Source of the DNA: Zygnema circumcarinatum SAG 698-1b | Taxonomy: Eukaryota; Plantae; Zygnematophyceae | Length of the DNA: 64,000 bases | Assembly: GCA_037447605.1 (NCBI GenBank) | Contig: CM074806.1 | Location: 4,526,001-4,590,000, forward strand | Reading direction: 5' to 3' | In this document: piece after piece, positions 23,799 through 33,354 of the stretch | Position numbering within the stretch: position 1 is the stretch's first letter | Layout of the letters: each line of letters opens with the position of its first letter | Translations under genes and position numbers: made by a program | Notes under the pieces: generated by a model | The model's input: the letters and a program-made list of their open reading frames with translations, nothing else | What the model was told of the DNA's origin: nothing | Databases searched by the model: none

Positions 23799-24822
23799 GC
23801 ATCGCGGTCAAGACTTTTCAAGGAACTGAAAGAAGTGCAGCGAGAATCGTCACAAGAGTCTGACATTCGCCTCATTTGTGACGAGCATAACATTTATCGA
23901 TGGACAGCTTTCATAAAAGTAAACAACAAAGAAAGTAAACGGGGATTGAAAATGAAAACTTGAAAGAAAATCTGCCTTTCAAAACGGAAGAATTGTTGCT
24001 GATCTTCTGCTGAGATGCTTCTGACAGGTGATATGTCATTGATGTACGGTGATGTAGGGCCCTGCAGAGACCCCCTTTGAGGGAGGCGTGTTCCAGTTGG
24101 CGGTGAATGTTCCAGAGCAATATCCACTTGTTGCTCCACAGATTCGCTTTCACACTAAAATCTTTCACCCAAATGTGCATTTCAAGGTTAGTTTCAAGCT
24201 CCACATGTGATTGGAAAGGCAAAAGAAGTTGAAATCCTGATGGCCAGCCCCTGATGAGTGAAGGAAATTTTGAGGACGAGCATAGGAGGAATATGCAAGA
24301 GAAACGAGTGCCCAGCTTCTGTGAGTTCTCACTCGGGTACTGAAACGTGTATGCTTCGAATTTTTGGGGTTCTGAGCGGTGTCTTGCTTGTTATGGAGCC
24401 TCTGCAGACAGGAGAGATCTGTCTGGACATTTTGAAGGCGCAGTGGAGCCCTGCTTGGACTTTGCAGTCAGTGTGCCGGGCAGTGATCACGCTTCTTGTG
24501 CATCCAGAGCCAAGCAGTCCTCTCAACTGTGACTGTGGTGAGTCCCTCTCTCTCTCCCTCTCTCTCTCCCTCTTTCTCTCTCTCTCTTTCGTTCTCTCTC
24601 TCTCTCCCTCCTCCCCTACCTCCTCGTCCTCCTCCCTCCGCCCCACCTCTCTCTCTCACCCCTCCCCCGCCTTCACTCTCACTCTCTGCGTCCTTGTTCT
24701 GATTGTCTGAACTGTGAAGCTGGCATTGGCGTTGGGTGGCAGGGAACCTTTTGAGAGCGGGAGACCACAGGGGGTACTACTCCATGGCTCGAATGTATAC
24801 TCGCCTCTTGGCTCTTCAATAG
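23799..24822 (+). CDS. PEX4: Peroxisomal ubiquitin-conjugating enzyme E2 (PEX4/UBC21-like)
   Basis: Exons 23799-23918, 24058-24186, 24408-24537, 24743-24822 give ASRSRLFKELKEVQRE...GPAETPFEGGVF...KIFHPNVHFK|TGEICLDILKAQWSPAWTLQSVCRAV...PLNCDC|GNLLRAGDHRGYYSMARMYTRL. The catalytic Cys is present. The first mini-exon is not fixed (candidates ATG|gcaagt ~23274, ATGCAA|gtgggc ~23522). Confidence 0.93.
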
Positions 24823-25849
24823 AGCTCGTCGGATCGAGATATTAGAGGTCAAACTTGATACATATCGGTCCAAACTTGTGTATTGTTCTATGTAACAAAA
24901 TTTCTCAGAATGTAAATTTTCTTGTCGATTCTTACACTCTTATGGCCCACTTATCCGTAAAGAAGTTTATCAAGAGTACGTACTTTGGTGAAGGAAAGAT
25001 TAAATTTCATATTAGTACGAATTTCTGGAATATATATATCGAAGGCGAGGAAGGTTTGAAGGCGAGGACAACAACCAGAACAGAAAGAAGAAGAGCAGCC
25101 AAAGTGTAATTTTTCACATTTTTTTGCGATGATGAAAAAAAGAACTTATTTTCAGATGTAGTCCTCGAATTTGCGGACCCATCCATACAATGTTCAGCTT
25201 TACATGCTCTGAGTGTGAAATGCTCCTCTAACTGTCTTGTTGAACATGGACGTGCCAAGTCCAACAACTTCAAAACCATCTCAAAACCCGTCTTTGTGAG
25301 ACTTGCAAACAACAACAACAACAACAACAGCAACTAGTCGCAAGTTCATGCAAACTTGGAGCTAACAAGAGGGGGTTCAAATAGGTCCATGTTCTTTAAA
25401 CGTGGCCCCAACACTCAGCTGGAGGGGTCCAGATACGTAAAATGTTACAGTATGGATGAAATTGCCAAAATTGGGTTAAAAAATTGCAGTGCGCAGTGCA
25501 TTCTGTATGCATGGCCGGCCGGCCGCGCAACAGAGCGCTTTGGCGCGATGAGGATTTGAAGGCCGCCTGCTCCTGCTCTTGCTCTTGCTGGGCTCGTTCG
25601 CTCGCTGCGCAGAAAGCAAGCGCTTAAACAAGTAGTTTGCAAGCGAAGTCTTAAGAAACGATCTGTGTTCTCCAGCATGAGGTACAGTGCACATTGACCG
25701 GTCCTTCTCCAGAAGCATGTTTCGACATGATCAAAGTATCAAATGCTATGATTGTACCTGGAGTGATCAATAGCGAGCTTAGCAGTGTCTGCAGGAATGC
25801 GTACCATTCTGCTAGTTGGAGATTGTTGTTCGCTGATAGCTGAAACCTG

Positions 25850-26056
25850 GTTGCAGGTTGCAGATTGTTGATTGCAGCTTGCAGGTTGTGAACGATTTAT
25901 TGTTGATTGTCGATTGTTGATAGTCAATTGTTGATTGCATATTTCAAATTTCTCCTCGCTGCAGATTCCAGATTGCCATTTGCAGATTGCAGACGATTGC
26001 TGATTGCTGATCGCTGATTGCTGATTGCTGATTGCAGATTGCAGATTGCTGATTGT
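25850..26056. repeat. Degenerate GATTGC(T/A) heptamer tandem repeat
   Basis: gattgctgattgctgatcgctgattgctgattgctgattgcagattgcagattgctgattg. Confidence 0.8.
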
Positions 26057-26284
26057 TTACTGCTGCGAGATACTGAGCTTGCAAGCTGCTGGATCTCTAC
26101 CTAAGAAAAAAAATTTAGAGGTCTGATCATTTCTGCTGATGGAATTGCTTATGTGTCCAGTACTTGTAGTATTTGAGAAATGAGTTAGCACTTTGAGCAG
26201 GCCTAACGTGATAGAGGTCATGGTGCATGCACGGTAATGCAATCGTGTGTGCTTTTCGCATCACTTGTTCTCTGATATTTTCAG

Positions 26285-27333
26285 ATTAGATTGCAGGAAA
26301 AAACAGTTGTTGGAAAAGCAAAGTCGCAAAAAGCAAGAGCGGCTATCTTTGACCAAAGAAGGGCTCTCCGAACTTCCAGGAACAAAGGCAATTGTTGGTA
26401 CGCAATAAAGCAGAACAAGTGATTTATTTTTAGAAAATTCATAGAGTAACCAACTCCAACAATTAATCTTGTCATTCAAATTCCCCGCAGGAAATCAAAC
26501 TAGGTGAATCACACAATGAATCGAGAATTCATTTGACCAGTAGGTTGTTGCAAGCTGTTGAATCTCGCTTCAGTTCTGTCTTACTTTGAGAGGAGGACTA
26601 TTTTCGAGAGTAGCGTTTGTCCTTCTATCATGAATGACTGGGAAAGGCAGGGAACTCTGGTTGGAATCATGCAGAAAGGCGTCAGATTACAGCAAAAAGA
26701 AAGGTGGTGCAAGTAAAGGAAGAAGTTTGTGATCTTCCGCAATCTGAAGTGCAGAATGTTCCAGCCTCTTCCTTCAATGTGCATGAAAGTGTGAAAGTAT
26801 CAATGCATCACAGTAAGCGAATACATGCACCGATTTCTGGAGAAAATGTCAAGCAGGAATTGGATTTAGAAACAACACTGGTAGACAAGGTTACCAGCGG
26901 TAGGCATCCTCGAGAGGGTGATCTGAGTTGTTCAGGGAAGGAAAACGAGCCTTTGATGCGTGTTGATGAACCAAGCAAGCCATCTGAAGTGTGCAGCCCT
27001 TTCACAACCCCGCAGCGGCGCCAACTCTATGCACAAGTTATTATTTGCAACAGGCTGAGGTTTGCCTCCTTGCACTTGCCTGTTCCCGCGGTAATGCTCC
27101 ACAACGGCAACGCAGACTATAAGCCATTCTCTTACTCTTGTTTTTTTGCCCATTCGTTGTGCATCAGGTGCGAATTTGACGCAAGGTATCGATTTCCGAA
27201 TGAGCTCCTCAAAGCAGCTGGATGTGGAGTAAAACCTGAGGAAGCTGAACTATTGAATGAGATTTGTTTGACATTGAATGAAGAGATCATGGAGAATCGA
27301 CGCAAATTTCAGAGGAAATCAGACTCTGCTTGA
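26285..27333 (+). CDS. Hypothetical protein, partial model
   Basis: Exon-like block tttcag|...LDCRKKQLLEKQSRKKQERLSLTKEG...|gtacgc and a non-repetitive 209-codon open frame ending ...FPNELLKAAGCGVKPEEAELLNEICLTLNEEIMENRRKFQRKSDSA*. Start and phases are unresolved. Confidence 0.35.
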
Positions 27334-27707
27334 ATGCCACTGACGACTAAATACACGTGTGCTTTTTCATTGGCATATATATATATGTGCATTTTCATGA
27401 TGAGGCAAAGATATGGAGCTATGTATGTAGCTGTCATCTGTGATTTTCATTGCTTCGATGGAACTTCCCGACAGCGGTTATCATCCAGAAGGAGATGAGA
27501 TACAAGAACGTGTTCAAAATTCATGTTTCGGTTTTGGATTATCAATGTCCAAAGTAGACAAATCATTTCCTCTTCATTCTTTTATTCCTAACAAACAAAG
27601 GCTGAAGGCTTTCCATGCCTTTACAAAAATCTAAGTCGATCAAGTCGCCTCGTCTAGTCACATCACTAATTGTTCAAGTCTGTACTGTTAAGTGTAAAGC
27701 CTAAGCC

Positions 27708-30700
27708 CTAACTTTCAACCGTCCGTTTCACAAGTATGAACTCGCCAAGGAACTTCTTAGGAGAGGCTCCCTCCTGCCCTTCCTCCCTCCATGACTGCCC
27801 CACAATCACTCCAGGACCCGCCGCTCTCACATAGTCTCGCATGCCTTCATTGAAGGGCCATAGAGGCCATCCTGCATGCAATCATATACATAGAATAAGT
27901 CAGAGAAATAAGAGGGATTCAGGGTTAAAGATTTGATAGGATTCAGGGGCCTCAAGCTTTTAGAGTTCCAATTTTATCAGGATTTAATCAAAAGAATCAT
28001 AAATCAAGCCTCCAGAATCTGGAAGGCCAAGTGAGAGCTCTGCTTACTGGGCGTAGGGAAGTGCAGGGGGACTCCGAGGTCGTTCAAATGAAGCTGCCCT
28101 TCTTCGTATGCAAAGGAGGCGTCACAGAGCTCCCCTGTGCTCTTAACGCGCTGCGCCGACTGAACTTTAAAGTACAGCGGAGCCACAATGTCGGCAACTC
28201 CTTTTAACAGGGGACCGCCTGAAAACAGGCAAGTCAAAGGCAGGATTGCAAAGCTTTAAAAAAATTCAATAACTGCCCCACAAGGGAAACGAAGAAGAAG
28301 GGGAAGAAGGGGAAGGAGGGAAGGGCGGAAAGGGGAATGGAACTGAAAACAACTTAAGCCCAAAGAACGAGAGTCTAAGTACCATGATGAATCGTGCTAT
28401 TCATAGAGAGCAAGATAAGACGGGTTTCTGTCATTGGGATTTGATTTCGACACTTTATTTCGGTCTGAATTTGGGACGAAGAGGTGGGCCCTATTATTAT
28501 TGGAAAGATGGGCCCAAGGAAGCATGTCACGCTAACGTACCTGAAATGACTCTTCCATAGAGCTCGCCGTCGGTCCCGAGAAAGAACGCCTGTGCTGCAC
28601 CGACCAAACATTACGAGAAAATGAAAGAAAGAAGATTCGCTGAAGTTGTGAATGTGGGGGCGCAGACTGTCATGCTGTTCTTCTTCTCTCCCTCTCGCGC
28701 CCTCTCCCGTGCACATTCTTCCCTGTCTCCCTCTTCCCCTCCCTCCCTCCCCCACTCTCTTGCTCTGTCCATTCTTTCTCCCCTCCTCTCTCCCTCCCTC
28801 CCTTGCTGCCTCCCTCCATCTCCCTGTCTCCTACTTTGTCTGCCTCTCTCCCTCTCCCAGTCTTGCTCTCCCATCTTCTCCCTCGCGATCATACCTGTTG
28901 GAATCGGCTCAACCACTCAAACTGCCAGTTCACTGTCTCCGCCCAAAACGTTCGTTACCCGTTGTAAGGAAATAGGGATTAGGAAAACAAATGGGTGAAA
29001 TGCACAGCTTTGGAAAACTAGACGAAACAAAATTCGAACAGACTAATCAACCAAACGCGTACCACTTCATTGCATTAACTTCATGAAAGTTTTCGCGTTA
29101 TAGCCCATAGAGCAATATAACAAGCGTTAAACCCACTGAAGAAAAACCCTAAAAGTTCACTTCATCACTTCATCTTCCTTACGAGATGATTACTTGTACT
29201 GAAGTGATGGGGGCAGCAGGTTTGAGCATCGGAGCACATACATCCGATGACCCGACCATCCCATACGTCGGCCTCCAAAGGCTTGGCAGTGCCGCCACGT
29301 GGCAGCATCTCATAGGCTCCCTCCCCGAACTCGCCTGCCAGATAGCGGTCGCCAGCCACCGTCCATAGCTTTGCTATGTGCCTGCCATGCAATTGCACAG
29401 GAAAACTCAAAGACTTTTAACGGGGGAGAGAGAGGGAGAGGGAGAGGGAGAGGGAGAGGGAGAGGGAGAGGGAGAGGGAGAGGAGAGGAGAGGGAGAGGA
29501 GAGGGAGAGGGAGAGGGAGAGGGAGAGGGAGAGGGAGAGGGAGAGGAGAGGGAGAGGGAGAGGAGAGGGAGAGGGAGAGGGAGAGGGAGAGGAGAGGGAG
29601 AGGGAGAGAGGGAGGGAGAGGGAGAGGAGAGGAGAGGGAGAGGAGAGGAGAGGGAGAGGAGAGGGAGAGGGAGGAGGGAGAGGGAGAGGAGAGGGAGAGG
29701 GAGAGGGAGAGAGGGAGAGGGAGGAGGGAGAGGAGAGGGAGAGGGAGAGGGAGAGGAGAGGGAGAGGGAGAGGGAGAGGGAGAGGGAGAGGGAGAGGGAG
29801 AGGGAGAGGGAGAGGGAGAGGGAGAGGAGAGAGGGAGGGAGAGGGAGGTGGGAGAGGGAGAGGGAGAGGGAGAGGGAGAGGGAGAGGGAGAGGGAGAGGG
29901 AGAGGGAGAGGGAGAGGGAGAGGGAGAGGGAGAGGGAGAGGGAGAGGGAGAGGAGAGGGAGAGGGAGAGGGAGAGGGAGAGGGAGAGGAGAGGGAGTGGG
30001 AGAGGGAGAGGGAGAGGAGAGGGAGAGGGAGAGGAGAGGAGAGGAGAGTGGAGAGGGGAGAGGGAGAGGAGAGGGAGAGGAGAGGAGAGAGGGAGAGGAG
30101 AGGGAGAGGGAGAGGGAGAGGGAGAGGAGAGGGAGAGGGAGAGGGAGAGGGAGAGGGAGAGGGAGAGGAGTGGAGAGGGAGAGGAGAGGGAGAGGGAGAG
30201 GGAGGGAGAGGGAGGGAGAGGGAGAGGGAGAGGGAGAGGGAGAGCAGTAATGAAGGAAGTTATCAGTCATAAAAAAGACTCGGGAGGCACCTTGGAAGGA
30301 GAATGTCCAAAAGCCGATGGCGTCGGTCCTCGGGAATGTCACCTATCTTTTTCCTGGTGCAGGACGGCACAGAAAAAGGAAGTGAGAGAGAGGAAGATAG
30401 AGAGAGCCAGAGAGGGGGACCGAGAGCAAGGAAGAGAGAAATTTGGGGGGAGGAGGGGCAGGGGCAGAGACAGAGGGGGGGAAGGGGGGGAGGGAGGGGG
30501 TGAGTGAAGGGGGAGAGAGAGAGAGAGAGAGGAAGAGAGAGAGAGAGAGGAGAGAGAGAGAGACCACAAGTAGGCGGCTGCATTGTATCCTTGGGGGTCG
30601 AAGGGGCGGAGCACGCCGTAGCCATCCAGCAGCGCTGCCACGTGGAGCTCGTCCACGTACGCCTTGCGCCCCCCCACCAGGCGGTACGCGGCCTCCCCTT

Positions 30701-31351
30701 CGTTCCCCAATGGGCTCTGGGCTTTGCCTTCGCCGCTTTTTAGGGTTTCTCCCCCATCCTCCTCCTCCTCCTCCTCCTCGTCCACTGGTGTTTCGCCAGG
30801 TGGAACTCTCCCATTTGTCCTCACTTTGACAGGTGGCGCTCTGCCGTTGGCTGAATCTGCCACGAGGCATCGACTGCCTTGCTTTGAGGAAGCTTCGAGG
30901 AAGGTTCGTTTGGGAAGGAGGGGGAGACCTTTCAAAAGGGAAGGCGATGCTGCAAGAGACCGAAAAATGGGGGCGAGGATACATAAATATATGTTTTTTT
31001 TTTTTGATAGATTAAAAAAAACAAAAGGAGGTGGTAAAGGGAGGATGAGGAGGGGGGGAGGGACTCATTTTCACAATGGGGACTTAGCAAAATCTGAATA
31101 TTTCAAACCCTAAAACTCTGAATCCAACGAAAAAGCAAAGCCCTGGAACCCATAAAAAAATTCAAAACGCTGAAAACCCTAAATTCTGGACCCTGACATG
31201 AGAAAGTGCTCGCAAGCTCACCGACAGGGTTTCGGGCCACGCAAAGAGCTGTGCCGCCATGGCTGCCAGAAAGGCGCAGGGAGGCGCTGTAGTTAGGACG
31301 CGTGGCGTCCTGGAGTACCGCCACGTGGCAGGGGGACGGAGCGGCAGCCAT
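27708..31351 (-). CDS. Unidentified protein, probably plastid-targeted, ~8 exons
   Basis: Mostly phase-compatible spliced peptides: [13 protein letters not shown]... (transit-like), [32 protein letters not shown]|[21 protein letters not shown]|[10 protein letters not shown]..., [16 protein letters not shown]|[20 protein letters not shown]..., [27 protein letters not shown]...[12 protein letters not shown]. One small internal exon is ambiguous. Confidence 0.75.
29426..30245. repeat. (GGAGAG)n intronic microsatellite, ~820 bp
   Basis: Directly visible; lies between two exons of the 27708-31351 gene. Confidence 0.95.
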
Positions 31352-32121
31352 GGCCGACCGGAACCCTGAAACCTCGTTCCTTGTTCGCAATCTTGTTGAA
31401 AATCCGTTCAAAACGGGCCAATTTTTTTGACTCTATGGACGTGCGTTCACAGTCCCGTAACTATGATGTGGTTACTGTAAATTACGCAGTTTCATTTTCA
31501 ATATGGAAAGGGCAGCAGGAGCTTCCGTGGTTTCCAGTAGAGGACAAAATTAACCGCCCGACGCTGTGACTGTACGAAAATATCGGTACAGTAGTCGTGT
31601 CTTGGGCAGGTGCCACGTCAGCGCTGACCGCCGCCAAAAAATCGCCGCGGTTTGAAAGGCTCACCGCTGACAATCGCAGCCAGCCAATCGGAAGATTTGT
31701 CATCACGTGCGAAAACGACATCAACCAACCAAAGACCCCTATCCCACGTGCGTCAACAGCTCTGCGCCGCGTGGAGATTGCTCGGGACACGTCAAACCGA
31801 AGGCCCAAAAGAGTAATTTCTGTTTTGGATGGTGGCGGCGGGAACGATTCACAGCAGTCCGATCAGCCCCGATGAGGGCCGATCGCGCTGAATCGACGGT
31901 TCAGATCACCTGTCAGCGCGCCACGCAAAATCGGCGACGTGCCCTGAATTCGGCCCTGGACCCCTCGGGACGCCGCCGCGCGGCGGGCGCTGAGAGGCGC
32001 TCTCGTGTGAGATCGCCACGTGCAAGGTCCGATCGGACGGCTATCGTTGCGTGGTGGGGACGGCAACGCGTGGGAGCCCCCCGGCCTCAAAACCCCCTTT
32101 AAGGTCGCCGCCCTCCTCGAG

Positions 32122-32127
32122 TATAAA
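32122..32127 (+). promoter_or_regulatory. TATA box of the SAMDC-ODC gene
   Basis: TATAAA upstream of a CT-rich 5'UTR exon that ends CTG|gtgagt (intron 32325-32836, tcgcag acceptor). Confidence 0.55.
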
Positions 32128-32861
32128 GCTAGGGTTTTGGTTGCAGAGAAGCCCCGCTTGCTCAGTGCTCTCTCTGCCGCTACCTTTCCCTCATTCTCTC
32201 TCACTTGCTCGCTCTCAGTCTTGGTCTTGGTGGTTTATATTGGTTTTGGTTTCGTTGAAGAGATTATTTTTTATTATTGGCGTTGGAAGGGCGGGTGGTT
32301 GGAACGCTCTCAAGGAATAGTCTGGTGAGTCCACGTGGGAGGGATAGGGAGGGAGAGGAAGGGTAGAGGGAAAGGGATGGTGCGGGAGACGGGAGGATGT
32401 GCGTGTGTTGGGAAGTAGGGGGAGGGGGTATTGGGAAGTTGAGCATGGTTGGTTGGTTTGGTTGGTTGGTTGGTGGGAGTGTGGGAGAGTCGAAGGCAGT
32501 TTGGATTGAAGGTAGAGTGTGTAGAAGAGGGACTATTTAGGAACCAAGGAAGGAAGAAGGGCACGATGAGAAGGGAAAACATGAGGGAGAGGGAGAGGTC
32601 AGTTTGGATGTGCTGATACGATAAAGTATGGGGAGGTATTCAACTGGAGAAGAGAGAAGCGATAATGAGAGGCTGGAAGGAAGGGAAAGAGGACAGACGG
32701 AGGCTTTCATATAGATTTCCTTGTGGAAGGGATGAAGGCTACAGGGGTGTGTTGAGAGATGTTGTAACCATGGTGAGCGGGCTTATAGATGATAAATGAT
32801 CGGAGAACTGACATGGGGTTGCTTCTGTTTTCGCAGAAATTGTTTTCTTTAAAATATCTGA

Positions 32862-32870
32862 ATGAAGTGA
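32862..32870 (+). promoter_or_regulatory. 'Tiny' uORF (ATG AAG TGA) overlapping the small uORF start by one base (TGATG)
   Basis: AATGAAGTGATGGAG; same architecture as land-plant SAMDC leaders. Confidence 0.85.
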
Positions 32871-33160
32871 TGGAGCCCAAGGATTCAAGTAATTGTTCCT
32901 TAATTAGTAAAAGTATTCAGCAATACGAGACGCCCTTAGGGTTTGTGGTGGAGGACGTGCGCCCTCGCGGAGGAGTCGATTTCTTCCGAACTGCTGCTTA
33001 CTCCAACGTCAGCTTCATCCCCCTCCCCTTTTTTTCCCTTCTTTTATCACCGCTTTCTTCTATGTCTTTTTTTGGCTTACTCCTTCCACGTATTTTATAT
33101 CTTGTTTGGCTCACATTTTCTCCTCTTTTCTGGATGCAGTGCGTGCGAAAGCCCTCCTGA
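32870..33160 (+). CDS. SAMDC conserved-peptide 'small' uORF, 52 aa, two exons
   Basis: 32870-33007 plus 33140-33160 (GT-AG intron) give MEPKDSSNCSLISKSIQQYETPLGFVVEDVRPRGGVDFFRTAAYSN|CVRKPS*, matching the plant consensus YEAPLGYxIEDVRPxGGIxKFRSAAYSNCxRKPS. Confidence 0.95.
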   Translation: MEPKDSSNCSLISKSIQQYETPLGFVVEDVRPRGGVDFFRTAAYSNVSFIPLPFFSLLLSPLSSMSFFGLLLPRILYLVWLTFSPLFWMQCVRKPS

Positions 33161-33354
33161 TATTTGCTGCGAGTGAACCCTCTTAACTAGGTTAGGGATA
33201 GACCATCTTTAGAAAAGCTGTCCTGCTTCCTCTCCTCTCTCTCTGCCCCCTTAGGCTTCACCAATTGTAGCTAAGAGGGTTTCTTTACAAGGTCAGGTCC
33301 GCACCTTCCCCCTCTCTTAGCAGATTGGTGGACTTCTCCAGTAGGCGTAGAATC

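Noticed and set aside
29299-30507. 402/290/311-aa GE/RE/SP-repeat ORFs
   Set aside because: Intronic (GGAGAG)n microsatellite.
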